A stretch of 63,935 nt of DNA, the filler included, from Diploschistes diacapsis (lineage: Eukaryota): assembly GCA_023645945.1 (NCBI GenBank). It is 23 parts of 23 records of this genome, joined end to end, with 100 filler letters (N's around TTAATTAATTAA, not from the genome) between each part and the next. Parts side by side here need not be neighbours in the genome. Positions count along the whole stretch, not along the records: positions 1 to 19,040 come from JALAIB010000384.1; positions 19,141 to 38,170 come from JALAIB010000385.1; 21 more parts are not named here. One strand, 5' to 3'. The translations under genes were made by a program, and so were the position numbers. The notes beneath the pieces are model-generated. The model had not been told where the DNA came from and searched no databases. It saw only the letters and a program-made list of their open reading frames with translations. This document shows positions 10,875 to 24,707 of this stretch, piece after piece. Numbering within the stretch: the first letter of the stretch is position 1; each line of letters starts with the position of its first letter.

Positions 10875-12301
10875 GGGTAGGATTTGATCATTCTGCTTCC
10901 TTGGAGGGCCCGAGATTTACTATGGACCCAGTCAAGGAACATTCCCCTTTCCTCATGGAAACCGATAGATTCAGACGCAACGCAAGGCTCTTCTCAAGGA
11001 GATCGATTAATCTGGACATATAAGGCAAGGCCTTTCTTTCGCCGGCCATCGTTGAATCCAAGCACGAGGCAAGGCGTGTGAGGTTTGTTCAAAAAGAGAA
11101 ACATGGTAAAGGCTATCTACCCCTACGAGTGGGATGTCGAGGAGAACCGGTAGGGAGAGACTGAGGTATACGGGAGAGGTGTTCATGGACCGTTCGAAGT
11201 TATTGAGAGTGTCATATGTTACTAGCTGCTGCTTGCTTTGTGATCAAGAGCGCCACGGTAAAGCTCTTCGTCTGTTGCCTCATACTCCACTTCCACCGTT
11301 TCAGACTCAGAAACGACCATCCAAGCGTCCCCGTCCACAGCCCCGAGGTTCTATTTCGCTGCCTTGAACCGAAAACGCCGCCACAAGGTCCTCACTCGCC
11401 ATCCCAAGGTCATCATTCACCACCTGTCTGTCTGCCGAGCATTGTCGAGCATCAAACTTGAAGGGCTATGGGTTGCGGTGCAAAACGAGCGTCAGAAGCA
11501 GGTTGCAGCCGCCCCAATGATATGGCCTTGAACAGAGAATCTTAGCGTTAGACGCAGGGCTCTTAGAAGCAGCAGAATCGCACATACTTTTATTCAACAA
11601 CAATGCCATAATCCGTGTTTGTAGACTACAAGTGAACAGCAGGTCTCGTCAACCACTAAAACTCTGCAGAATAACAGAGCTAAGACCTCAACCCATGGTT
11701 GAACGCCTGAATACTTCCAACATTTCCCTCCAAGCGACCATGAACCTCGTCCTCCACATCCGCTGACGGAGAACGCACCTTGCACCTTGCACCTTGCGTG
11801 TCTTCCAGACTGGTCTTCCCAGCATCCCGGGACACATGCTCCCTGGGCGCGTGACGCACTCACCATCGACGGAAAGACGATTGATCGATGAGAGCCCCAT
11901 TGATTATCAGCGGCACCGACAGGAACCACGAATCCGGACAGGTTTCGATCGCGCCCCCAACCACGGGTGCCTCTTCCGCCCCGGACTCCGTCGTGTCGGT
12001 CCTCGTCAGCAGATGTACCATTTCAAGTCGGTTTTATTAGGTTATAAAGATCTAATTTCCATTGAAAACCGTATCAGAATACCTTTTACGATGATGAAAC
12101 TCGATTTGTTTAAGTCCCAGAGGCGATGTAAAACGAAAACAAATGGAACATTGTTTGTACGGGTTGTGCCAAGACCTCCAAGATACTTCTCTCACAAGAC
12201 TGCTCTGCTTCTGCACCAGCCAGACTAGTCTACCTATACTCTGCCATAATCTATTTGGTTGTGGGTAGCAACTTTCTTTCTTAGCACAAGACGCGCCTGC
12301 C

Positions 12302-14296
12302 ATGAATCCTTCATTGTGTGGAGAATGCGAAGAAGGCGTTTTCAACTTTACCAAATTTTCTTCTCTGTTCAGTCGCTATGATGTGGAGGAAAGCTACGAA
12401 AATGGACTTGAATATGTATGGTCTGGGGAGCAATCTCAAGACCGAAACTGTGCGTTCTGCGTTCTAATACTGAGTGTTCTTCATTCAAGATCGGACAGAA
12501 GCAGCAATAAATGCGTCCGCGTTCGAGTATATACCTTTACTCTAGAGGCCAACTCTAGCTATCCTGACCCCAACGTGAGTCCGAATCTGTCCATGGTCTA
12601 TATAGATCTAGGGGCGTTGGGACGCGCAGCGTACTCAGTCTACGCTGAGGAAGGTAAAGCGAAAGCTTCTGTTTCAAGCAGAGCAACAGGGGGACCACCA
12701 GGCTTACAGATCCAGGCAGTAAAGCAGCGGAGTACATCTCGACGCGCAAGCCCAACGAAATGGTAGATGATAAATCGGCCTTCGAAGTGGCGAGATCATG
12801 GCTATCTCAGTGCCTGGAGAAGCATGCGGGTTGCCGCCTCAACAATGATTCTCGCCTGCCCAAGCGAGTCTTGGACGTTGGTCTTGGGAAGTTTGATGAT
12901 AGCTTGAAGCTTTATGAGGGCCAGGGTAAAATCTATCCTTATGCTACACTCAGCTACTGCTGGGGTGCTGAGCAACCGGGTAAAACCACCAAAGCTCGAC
13001 TAGCGCAGTATAAAGTGTCCATAGATATCATGTCTTTGCCTAGGACAATTAGAGACTCTGTGAGAGCAGTGAGAGAACTCGGGTTACGATACCTCTGGAT
13101 TGGTATGTAAGCTTCAAGCGATGGCAACGCTCTGATAGGTGCTAGACAGCCTCTGCATTGTTCAGGACTCGGACGACGACAAGGCAGAGGAGATCTCCCA
13201 GATGCGGCACATCTTCAAAGATTCGTGCATTACGATCTTGGCTGCGGGCGCATCGAATGCGGATGAAGGCTTCCTATTTCGTACACCAGAAGACTTCAAT
13301 GATTACGTTGAGCTTCCATACTTCTGCCCTGACGGTAGCAAGAGCAATATGCTCCTTCGGCCGTGGTCGGCTGAGACGAGTTACGACCCCCTGCTGGATC
13401 CAGTGAACACACGTGCCTGGATCTTCCAAGAGAGACTTCTCTCAAATCGGCTCTTGATATATCCTCCATCTCCACATCCTCTGCAGTGGCAGTGCCGAAG
13501 TAACCAGCTTGCCAACGGCGGAGCGCTCTGCAACTTAAAAGATGCTGGTCTTGAAGGTCTCAACAAGTCTCCTACAGACAAAAAACAAAGCAAGCCCGAT
13601 CCTGATTGTTGGACTTCTTGGACAAACCTTGTACGCAACTACTCAGACCGAGCGATGTCTGACCCCAGGGATAAGCTGCCTGCGATAGCTGGCGTTGCCG
13701 ACGAATTCAGTTTTCTGTGGGGTGGCAGCACAGAGTATCATGCCGGCATTTGGTCAAAAGAGCTGCTGAGAGGTTTATTATGGAAGGTATTCAAACCCAA
13801 ACCGCTTGCTCACCCGCCCGTTTATCGCGCTCCATCCTGGTCTTGGGCGTCGAGCAGCGGACAGGTCATTCACCCCTTTACGAATACAATACCGGACCCT
13901 TATTTGTTCAAGATTCTCAGCTGCATAACCGTCCCGCGCAATCCATTATTCGCATTTGGGGAGGTCACCGCTGCCAGCTTGAAAGTTGAGGGTGTGATTA
14001 AACAAGCTCACTGGAATGTACGGCAGGGGCTTTTAGTCGATCCCACCATCTGTAATGCAGAGAAGGCGCGCATTGGCTTTGGATTTACCGACGATCAAGA
14101 TTTACAGCCCTCACAGCAAACAGTCAGATGTCTCTTGATCGTCGATCCAATCACTACCGTGGCCTCGCCATATCAGATGCTTGGCATCATACTTGCAAGG
14201 AACCAAGATGACACGCACCGTCGTGTGGGCGCATTTGGTCTCAGTAGTCGAGAGTGGTTCAGAGATGGTCAACGAGAGGTCCTGGACATAATTTGA
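12302..14296 (+). CDS. HET-domain (heterokaryon incompatibility, PF06985-type) protein
   Basis: Introns 12654-12715 and 13103-13145 join three ORFs. Motifs LPKRVLDV, YATLSYCWG, LPRTIRD, LGLRYLWIDSLCIVQD, RAWIFQERLLS, DKLPAIAGVA and YRAPSWSWAS. Confidence 0.93.
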
Positions 14297-15001
14297 GATT
14301 CGAATTATTGTTCTTTATTTCATGCTTTTGCTTCTCTGGCCATCTGTTTTCTCCTCCAGCGAAGCTTGTCTTGTTATGGCTTTTTTTTTTGGTTATGTAT
14401 CTCTCCGCTTGTCCTCGCTCTTCGACCTGTCTTTCCTATTGATCCTTTTCGGCAATATATTTTATTTCGAGCCCCTTCATTTTTTCTCCTTAGAGGCCGT
14501 CCGCAGTGGTATGAACATGTCACTGGAGGTCGGCCGCTTGCCCTAATAGCAATGGACTTGTTATTGATACTGAGGTCGTTGTACTTGAAGATGGAAAATC
14601 TGAGGCGGACTGGTCGCCATCAGCAGGGTGGACCGCGAGCGATGCAATGCAGGTAGTGTCCCTTGGTTATCGCAGCAACATATTTAACATTGCAACCGTT
14701 CCTCTTTGGAAGGTGAGAAAAGCAGCGCAAAACCTTAAACTTGGTGCAACTGTAAGAGGGAACGGCTTGAGCTGCTGCTCAAAGAGGCGTTCACGAAGTC
14801 AGAGAGAGTAGAATGATCAGGTTGGACTTTGACGTTGAACGTATCTGCGCAGAGTTCGATTGGATCCGTGACAACGTTTAACTCGATACAGTATAAAGCC
14901 CGGGGAGAAGCTAGCTCCACTAAGCGGGCGACATTCGTACTATGACTTATTCAGGCCCCCTAGGCATCCGTGTTGGCTCCAATGCTTCTCTCCATTGCCC
15001 C

Positions 15002-16011
15002 TCATCCTCCAGTCAAGAAATCACCTACCATCTTGATGACCTGATCTCTCTTCTCCACATGACCCAAGTGGCTAGTGTCCTGAACTGTTATCCACCTGAC
15101 CTTGGGGATATGCCAGAAGAAAGGTTCGACGCAAACGTCCTGGGCTTCATCCTCTGAGCCATTGTACACGAGGGTGGGGACCTCGATCTTGTGGAGCTCG
15201 TCAATGACGCTCCACGTGCGCAGCGATCCAAGGATGTTGATCTCTGAAGGCCCGTTCCTTTGTTGGAGAGCACAAACATCAGCAAGAGTGTGACAAGAGA
15301 CCAAACGTCGAACAATGCTTACATTGTACCATAAACCGTTGGATCCTCCGTCAAGCGCTTCTCCGCAATCTCGGCCTCTGGCGCCGGATAGGGCTCAACG
15401 CGGCAAAGGTGCTTCTTGTAGACGGCAGTTATCGCTTCCTTGAACTCTTCGCTCTCAAACTCCCATTTGGCCTCGCAGTCCCTGATCGTTTTGGCAATAT
15501 TGGCCGGCATCTTGTCCAGGAGCTGTTCAGCGCTCTTGGCCCACAGTTCCATGCTTGCGGGACTGTTGGCTATGACCAGCCGCCTGAGTCCCTTGGGTCG
15601 CAGAGCAGCGTAGCTGGATCCGAGACAGCCGCCCCACGAGTGACCAAGGATGTCGAAGCCACGACCCTTGCGGAGATCGAAGTGATCGACCAGATTATCG
15701 AGCTCCCGGCGAAACAGCTGGGGCGTCCAGAAGTCCGTGTCCCCGTTCTTCTCGCGCAGGTGCGTGGAAGCCCCGTTGCCGATCTGATCGTAGAAGATGC
15801 AGGGGATCGAGTACTTCGCCGCCAGGTCCGCGAACGGGAGCAGGTACTCGTGGCAGGCTCCAGGCCCACCGTGGAGCACGACCAGCGGGGGCCGCTTGGA
15901 CCCGTCACCGGCCGAGAGCTCGCCAAAGACCTTGTACCAGGTCCTGCACGGGTCCGCGAGACCGGGCACCTTGAACTCGATCTCTCCTGTTTTGACCGGA
16001 GCTTCGCTCAT
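15002..16011 (-). CDS. Proline iminopeptidase / L-amino acid amidase-like alpha/beta hydrolase (peptidase S33)
   Basis: HGGPG, YDQIGNGAS and GHSWGG nucleophile motifs; intron 15258-15322 joins to NGPSE...SHLGHVE. Confidence 0.92.
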
Positions 16012-16128
16012 GGTTTATGCAATCGGGGAACAAAATTCGGGGACTATAGGGTCCGCTTATGTACAATGATATGCTGCGAAGCTAGCAAGCAGTCAATCGC
16101 TGAGAATTACCTAGTTTGGAGATCGCTC

Positions 16129-16246
<118 letters not shown>

Positions 16247-16600
16247 ATCGGGCTACAATACTGAGTACTGATGCTGTAAACAGTAGCGGTTTTTGGAAGT
16301 GCCCCACCGTCATATACATCATGATGCTTTGCCAAGCGTAGCGGACGCTTCAAAGGTATAAACTCGACTGAAAAAAGCCGCGGAGAGGAGGGGCAAGCAA
16401 CGTGGGGTAAAGTACGGTGGTAGGGCTGTTTTTCGAGGTCTTTTAGGACAAAAGCTAAGAATAGTAGCAATCTTCGCTGGGTTCGGGGGCAGCACACCGG
16501 ATTAAGTCACAATCTTATTGGGGAGATGAACAATTGGTCGACTTCTAAACAAGCCATCACCGGAAGCTATACGACCAATCCTCTAGCGTGAGGGTTCCCC

Positions 16601-17853
16601 CTAGGTATCGCCTATGATGTCCAGGTCCTCGGACATACTTTCCCAGTCTGCCTCATGAATGCCAAAATCAAATCGGCCTATATTCCCGGCATCATTGAAT
16701 CTCGTTAGCATTGCTTCTCGTGACTGCCCTTCTTTGATCGGAGTCGTTGATGGGGATGAGACGATCGCCGCACGCATTATCAGCCTTAGTCGGGATACTA
16801 TTTCCTTCTGATGTTGCGGTTCCGACCAGTCCAAAGGAGGAGATCGGGCAAGCTGTAGTCAATGAGTATATGACAATCAGGCAAAAGCTTGATTTTCTTA
16901 CCTGCGACTTATTGTCAATGCGATAATAGCGAAAGTCCCCGCCGTCTGATGCGACACCGTAGACTGTGAGATTGCGTTTGTGGTTCTCTTTGCGTGCCTC
17001 ATGTACCATTCCTGTTTTGATTAGTTGACATTCTAACAACCTTGACACTCAAATTGCTTTACCCATGTATGCCACGAGCTGTCCTTCAGCCAAACCTACA
17101 CTACCATATCTTTTGGCTTCAATAATCACAAGAATTGTTCCGTATTTATCCTCTTCGTCATATTGCAGTACATAATCAGCGGTTCCTTTCAGCAACCGAG
17201 GCTCCTGCTTGTATTTTACAGACCTATGGATCTGGACCTCGGGCTTCAACATGAGTAGCGCAGGCACAGGACGGCCATCTGATTTGGCTGCTAACCGTGT
17301 GCTTGGTCCAGAGGTAGCCGATGTTTGGCAATCTAAGCGATGGTGTTGGTTGTGATTATGCACGCCAAGGGCGAGGCGCTTCTCTTCAAAAAGAGATTCG
17401 ATGAGAATTGCGTCGATTTTGATTCTAGCTCGAACTTCGTTGTCCCCTTGCGTAACATTGTCAATCTTGTGGAGATATTTGACTGATTACTATTAGATAT
17501 AGCTTTGCCTAAATCTTATGAAGAAAAAGTGGGTTTACTCAAAGTGTGTGAAACATCATAGAGCTCATCCTGTTCCAAACGCCACGAAACCCATGAGTCA
17601 CCAGTTCCAAAGTTGAAGATGCTGATGGCTTGGAGGAGACTCAAAGTGCTGGCAACAAGCTGATGAAGGATTAGCGAAGATACTTTAATATTTGAAAGGT
17701 TTCGCTTACCGGCACTTCTTTTACCGCCAAAACTTTTTCGTCATACTCCTTGACAAGGAGTATGACTTTTTCACGGACGTAGGCAATGTTCTCGGCCTCA
17801 GATAGTGTCAGATGCCGAAGAAATTTACTTAACGCCTCTCTATCGTTGGCCAT
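16601..17853 (-). CDS. Fungal PD-(D/E)XK restriction-endonuclease-fold protein; 5 exons
   Basis: Introns 17660-17709, 17483-17538, 17012-17062 and 16853-16901 give a continuous frame. Motifs NEVRARIKIDAIL, LKGTADY, VIIEAK, GQLVAYM, VYGVASDG and SSPSTTP. Confidence 0.75.
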
Positions 17854-17948
17854 GTTGGCGTGTGGCAACGGAGCTGAAGTTGTGTTCAAAAGATCTTGTT
17901 AGAAATATGCTGCTGCCTGAATAATTTTCAATTATGATTTATAACTTA

Positions 17949-19040
17949 ACGTATATGCATAGCGAGCGGACACTCATAGCGAACGGACATTCCCCACCCG
18001 ATTTTACGAACTTTCAACTTTTGTATCAATTTTCTACGCGTACGATTATGGAATCATCTTTAATTAAAAATAGAATCATAATAGCACTTCAGACTATTAA
18101 ATAAAACTTAAATCTTAATATAAAACGCGTATTTTAGATATATAAGGTTCCTCGTACGACGCTTATTATTTAACGCGATAATCGTACTTCAAGACACGAT
18201 ATTTTAATTACCTTAATAAATTTAATCGTGTTAAAAAAACGATTCTTAAACGTAAGATTAATTTAATCGAATATAATTTTCCGCCGTGATAGAACGACAT
18301 ACGCGATATAATTAATTTAATACGCGTAATTCGAAATACGACGCCAACCGGATCACGATAAATATAAAACTTCGTACGAAAATAAAAAATGCTTAAAATG
18401 CGATTTCAACGTAAAATCGATTATCAGAAAATATTAACTGAAGATCCACGAGTCATACGAAATTAATTCGACCTCGTACGTAACGTGATTAATAAATATA
18501 GTATTTTCGATTCGGATATTTATAATTTCGATGAAATCGGCTTTCTTATAGGTATATTAGGCCATATAAAGGTCGTAATTATTTTAAATCGCAAAAATAG
18601 ATTTCGTACGAAGCAACCCGGTAATCGAAAATAGGGTTTAATTATCTAAATTATCTACGCGGACGGTTATACGTTATTTCCGTACGTGATTATAAAGAGT
18701 AAATGTCATTTCCTTTCTTAATATCAAAAGGCGATTTATTCGATATATAACGCGTACGACCCAGTAAAAACGGATGGACTGTTAATGAAATTATTTAAAG
18801 TAACTGAAACATTTTTAGAATTATTTAAAACCTTATACGATAGATAAATATCGTTTACTAATCCTTGATTGTTATAATAGCCATCGTACGATCGATTTTA
18901 TTAATTATTATAAAAACAATAATATCATTTCGCTTTACATGTTTATTTATTTATCATATATTTTTTAATCTTTTAATATCGGATGTTTTAGATCGCTTAA
19001 AGTTGCGTCCGGTAAAAAAGTCGAGCAAATAATGCGTACG
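17949..19040 (+). mobile_element. Fot1/pogo-like Tc1-mariner transposon, left part, RIP-inactivated
   Basis: TA target followed by TIR ACGTATATGCATAGCGAGCGGACACTCATAGCGAACGGACA; relic YNFDE.GF and QPGNR motifs with many TAA stops. Confidence 0.88.
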
Positions 19041-19140
19041 NNNNNNNNNNNNNNNNNNNNNNNNNNNNNNNNNNNNNNNNNNNNTTAATTAATTAANNNN
19101 NNNNNNNNNNNNNNNNNNNNNNNNNNNNNNNNNNNNNNNN
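19041..19140. other. Artificial contig spacer (N44-TTAATTAATTAA-N44)
   Basis: Identical 100-nt spacer carrying stop codons in all six frames; recurs 22 times in the window. Confidence 0.98.
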
Positions 19141-19510
19141 CCCCGTGAAACACGTTATGTGTTATAGCTATTAGTGTCATGCGGCCTGGAACTGCCACGT
19201 GCTCTGACTAAAATAAAAATATATAATAAAAAATCTAAAATTAAAATACTTACTTTCTTTAAACGTTAGTATAAAAATCAAAACATTTCGGTTGGAATAA
19301 CTGCTCTAGTCCGAACGCGTCAGAGACGCCAAGTAATCGGGCTTTCCATATAGTTTGTGTATAAGGTACGCGTCTGATTGCGCTTGAGAGAAAAAAGTCC
19401 TGTGCTGATGATTTAGAGACGCCCGGTACCTCTCACTTTAAAGCTGTACGAGAGATCCATCTAGCGTACTGTGAGAACCTAGCAACATTTCGCCAAAGCC
19501 TCCATTACCA

Positions 19511-22500
19511 ATGGATACGGACAACGACTCGCCAATCGCTTCAGAGCGAGAAGATGAAGATGAGCTTGCTCGAGGATCTCGGAGCGTTTCAACCACCGCA
19601 CCAAGGAATGCTCTGGATGCTCTGGCAGATGGAGAAAAGAATTTTGTGCAGACCAAGCTAGTGGTAGGATATTCCAAGCCACCGTCGCCAACGCTGCAGC
19701 ATCAACCTTCAACTGAGGAAGACGAAGACGAACTCTACGACGAAGTAGTCGATCACATACCTCGAGTACATCTAGAGATCCACGTTCCGCCCCCTGAACG
19801 GCCTCTCGACTTTCCGAAATACGTTTACGATTCTGCAGTGGAAGAAGTTATGGAGGAATTCAAAGAGCATGGAGTTCTGAAATATGTGGTGCTCAAGGGA
19901 GATGGGTCTGAAGAAGAGGTACGGCCATATTTACATCCCTGTCCTATCTCTTTGGAGTTTCTTGATCTCTGCGCTGGGCTCACTGAGGAGGACCCGCAAA
20001 GTTCCTCAATATATTAGCTATTTTCATTCCTCCGCCGGAGTGCTCAACCTTATCTTCGGCTAGCTGCTTGTTTATTTGACGCTCTCTTAGCCCACCTGCG
20101 TTGTCTTGGTTTTCTTCTAGGTTCTTTGTGGTCTGACTACTCTTAGCTTACTTTGGATGAACTGGTCAACCTCCCTGGTGGCCTAGATTCTTTGAACCAA
20201 TTCCATGAGGAAAGCCCCAGAGAGACCAACGGTGAAGACTCTGGTGACTCGGACGCTATAATGGCTACAATGAGGCCTCATCGTAAAGCTACCAAGCGGC
20301 CTGGCTTCGTGGCCCTCAGCTCAGTGGTCCTGTCTGACGATGAGGATGAAATTGCACGTCCAATACGGAAGACCCAATCTCGGGGCAATTCTCGAGCAGG
20401 AGCGGGCTTTTTACCTCAGTTTGATAGCTCCAACGACCCAAGTGAGGCTTCTGAAAGCGGATCAGGTCGCGGAACAAGGTTGAAACGGAACATTGCGAAT
20501 CGGCAAGGAAGCAAGCGATCACTTAGGTCTACAAAAAATCCACAGCTATCGTATACCGACAGCCTTCCAGCGAGCGACGATGAATTGCCAAAGAGAAGAG
20601 GTAGACCCCGGCTTACTGCTACGGAGCCTCCACGGCGATCTGGAAGAGAGCGAAAGGCAGGAAACATGCGTGAGATCACAGAGGATGACATCCCACTAGC
20701 AACACAGACGGATAAGCCAGCAGCCCCGAAGGCTGCTGGCGCGAAGGAGGCCTTCAAGAAATTGCCCGCCTCTGATGATTTCAGGAACCGACACCTTCAA
20801 ATTTGTGACACTTGCAACGCAGCATCGGGGACCGAGGGGAAAGGCTTCCTTATCTACTGTCAAGGTTGTAGCCTGGCCTACCACGCACCTTGCCTTGGGT
20901 CGCGTAGCTCGAGAGAGCATGCTGTGACCAAAATTGGAGATGGAGACTTTGTTCTGCAATGCCGCCGCTGCATTGGAGTAGCCCGTGACAAAGATCCAAT
21001 AGCACCCGATCATGGGAAGTGCGCAGCATGTGGCGTAACGGGGGCGTCCTGCAAACCCTTTCGAGCGCGCAAACAAGCCCGTCAGGAGCAGAAAGAAAGG
21101 GATCAGAACCATGGCGTGGATCCTGTCACCTCGGTATCGCTCGACTTGATCTACAAAGCGTCGAACGTACTGTTCCGGTGCGTCGGCTGTTATCAGGGGT
21201 TTCATCTGCATCACCTACCGCCCAAGGTCGATGAAGCCAGCATGATCGAAAAGCAAGACGATGCAGCCAAGGCAGAAAAGAGGTTTGCCGAGTATTGTGA
21301 GACATGGTTATGCTATGACTGTGAAACCGCGCCTGGGGAGATTGGTGCCCTGGTTGCGTGGAGGCCAAAAAATGTTAATGCTTATGAAGCTGGCACGACT
21401 GTCGAAGAGGTCCTCGAAGATGAAAAAGAATACCTCATCAAATGGGCGAAAAAGTCCTATTACCGTTCGACATGGAAAAACGGATCATGGGTCTGGGGTA
21501 AAACCAGCGTCTCAACACGGAAAGCGTTTGCACGCAGAGATGAACATGGTAGTCTTCCTAAAATGCGCACCGAGGATGCTATCCCAGAGGATTATCTACG
21601 CGTTGACATAGTATTCGACGTACGCTACAACAACAAAGTCTCAGTCGAAATCGAGGAAGTAGATCGAGCTCGCATTAGAGAGGTCAAGGTGGCATTGGTC
21701 AAGTACAAGGGACTCGCCTACGAAGATGCTGTCTGGGAGGAGCCACCGCCTGTTGAGGATAAGGAAAGGTATGCTGATTTCAAGATCGCGTATGAAGATT
21801 GGGTTCGCGGCAAATACATGCATGTTCCAGCACCAACCACGTTGCTCACAAACATCCGGAAGACTCGGGCCCTTAACTTTGAAGAAAAGATTCTTCAAAA
21901 GGAACAACCAAAATCATTGAAAGGCGGTGTGCTCATGCAGCATCAACAAGACGGCTTGAACTGGCTGCTTTACAAGTGGTATAGTGGTCAGAACGGAATC
22001 CTAGCTGACGAAATGGGATTGGGGAAGACTATCCAGATCATTGCCTTTATGGCCACCCTTCAGGAAAAGTTCAATCTAGCTCCCTTCCTGATTGTCGTTC
22101 CAAACGCAACTTGCGCCAATTGGCGAAGGGAGATCAAGCAATGGGCTCCAGCTTTGCGTGTCGCTACCTTTTTCGGAAGTTCAGCGGCAAGGGATCTAGC
22201 CCAGAAATACGAACTATTCCCCAAACACGATAAGGTACTCCGATGTCATGTTGTAGTCACTTCTTACGACGCTGCGCAGGACGAGAATTGTCAACGTGTC
22301 TTCAGCCGCATCAACTGGACTGCGCTAGTGGTAGATGAAGGTCAAAGATTGAAAAACGACAAAAATCTGCTTTATCATGCACTAGGCAATTTAAAGCTTT
22401 CTTTTACCGTCCTTCTTACGGGAACGCCCATTCAGAATAACCCGAGAGAGCTGTTTAACCTCCTCGCCTTTCTGGACAAGTCTCTTAGCGCCCAAAAATT

Positions 22501-24707
22501 AGAGGAAGAAAACCAAGAGCTTACACAGGAAAAGGTTGAGAAGGTACACGAAATGTTGAAAACGTTTATTCTTCGACGGACTAAAAGACAAACCTTGAAG
22601 GATCTACCCGCAATGGCACAAATCATTGTCCCTCTTACTATGAGCCCGCTGCAAAAGAAACTCTACAAATCAATACTGGGGAAGAACGCCGATCTTCTCA
22701 AGTCCATATTTGGAGGTGGTCAACATGGCTCAATCAAGGGGCTGCGAAACATCCTTTCGCAGCTTCGCCAGTGTCTCTGCCATCCCTATGTTTACAACCA
22801 AGACATCGAGGGAAGAACAGAAGAAGCTTCGTCACACAGACGGCTCGTGGAGGCCTCTGCAAAGCTACAGATCCTGGATATCATGCTTCCTAAATTGAAG
22901 GAACGAGGTCATCGGGTCCTAATCTTTAGCCAGTTTCTCCACATGTTGACAATCGTGGAAGACTTTCTGAGCGGACTTGCTCTGGAGCATCTTCGGCTTG
23001 ATGGTACAATGGGGAGTATGGAAAAACAGAAGGTTATTGATGCGTTCAATGCGCCAGATTCGAGCATCTTTGCTCTTCTTCTCTCTACCCGAGCCGGAGG
23101 CGTTGGAATCAATTTAGCAACAGCAGATACGGTGATAATCATGGACCCTGATTTCAATCCTCATCAAGACATCCAAGCGGTTTCGCGAGCTCACAGGCTG
23201 GGTCAGCAAAAGAAAGTGTTAGTGTTCCAATTGATGACGCGTATGTCGGCCGAGGAAAAGATTCTACAGATTGGCAAGAAGAAGATGGCCCTTGATCACG
23301 TTCTAATTGAGCAAATGGATAAAGACGAGGAAGACGGTCAGGATCTTGAGTCTGTATTGCGCTACGGTGCGGAAGCTCTGTTCAAAGACGATGCCACCCA
23401 TGATATTCGCTATGATGCAGCATCTGTCGACAAGTTGTTAGATCGTAGCCAAGTTGAGGATACTGATAAGGGTACAGACAGTTCTGCCGAGTCTTCTTTT
23501 AGTTTTGCCAGAATCTGGCAGAATGACTCCTTAGCAATGGCCGATGGAGCTAATCTTGCGGAAGAGGTGTCTGCAAATAACGACGACGTGTGGCAGAAGA
23601 TCATGGAAGAGCGCGAACGTCAGGCAGATGAGGCTCGGGCAAAAGTTGAACAGCTTGGACGCGGCAAGCGGAATCGCAAGGTATGGCTCGGAAACCGGGG
23701 CACAAAATGAACACCAGCACTAATAGTTACAGACCGTAGATTATGGCAGTCAGGCGATCCCCGGTGCTGAACCTGAGGTCGACCGAACAGAACAGACCGA
23801 GTTTGACGCAGACTTCCAGGCACGAATAAGTAGCGAGGAGGAGGAAGAAGAAGAAGAAGACGATCTTGCTGGCGAAGAGGTAAACGGCAATCAGGAATTG
23901 CTTGTTCCTAAAAAGCCACGTTCGATCAGCAAAGCCGCATTATCCCACCCTCAGCTCTTACAGGGTCCTGTGTTCAAGCGTGCTAGAGTCCGCCAACCAC
24001 CCACTCCCTCCCAGCCTCACGCACCCCATCGACCATGCCCTGCATGCAACGATAGATATGGTCGTCACGATGTTGGCCACTGTCCTGTGAAACTCGCTGG
24101 GCCCGAAATCTGTAACCTCTGTGGGACGGCTCACTTTGGCACGCCCGGCTCTTGTCCTACAATGCGGAGCGAGGAGAAAATCCGCAGATTAATTCAACAA
24201 CTGAAAAACAGCCCAGAGGACGCAAACCTTGTCTATCTAGCTCAACGGAATATGAGAAATGAATTGGGACACGTTGTGCAGGAGAAGAAGCGTAAACAAG
24301 ATGCATCAGCCGCGGCTAGACTCCACGACGGTAGCCGTTGGGACATCAATGGCTCTCAACCCACCAAAAGGCACGCCGCGATACCCGCTCATACTAATGG
24401 TGGGAATGTTCCCGTCCCCATGAGAAACTTGACTCCTAGCGGCGTGCCAAATACGACATATTTGCCTGCCAGCGCTTTACAGCCTTATCCGCCTCCAGAT
24501 TTTGATCCCGGCACTTACTCTATGGCGCCTCAACCAAACCATGGCTCACTGCCAAACGCGGCGTACCTGGCGCAGACGATATCCGGGCGTATATACCAGC
24601 AGCAAGGCATGCAGAACTTGCCATACAGCCAAGTCAATCCTCATCCACCCAACCCGCAGATGACTTACAAGGAGGCTCTTGCATCTGTCAACAGGTCTCG
24701 CTACTAA
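19511..24707 (+). CDS. mit1: CHD/Mi-2-type SNF2 chromatin remodeler, Mit1-like (SHREC/NuRD-like)
   Basis: Introns 19919-20146 and 23681-23732 join three ORFs. PHD-like fingers (CDTC...CQGC..YH..C), chromo-like EYLIKW and LVKYKGL, SNF2 motifs GILADEMGLGKT, VVDEGQRLKN, LSTRAGGVGINL and QAVSRAHRLGQ, and C-terminal CPAC..H..C / CNLC..H zinc motifs. Confidence 0.85.

Noticed and set aside
10884..12228. Cluster of 65-144 aa ORFs upstream of the HET gene
   Set aside because: No recognisable domain or consistent splice model; treated as intergenic.
19085..19096. Recurrent TTAATTAATTAA palindrome at regular spacing, superficially CRISPR-like
   Set aside because: It is always centred in N runs of fixed length; it is an artificial six-frame-stop linker.
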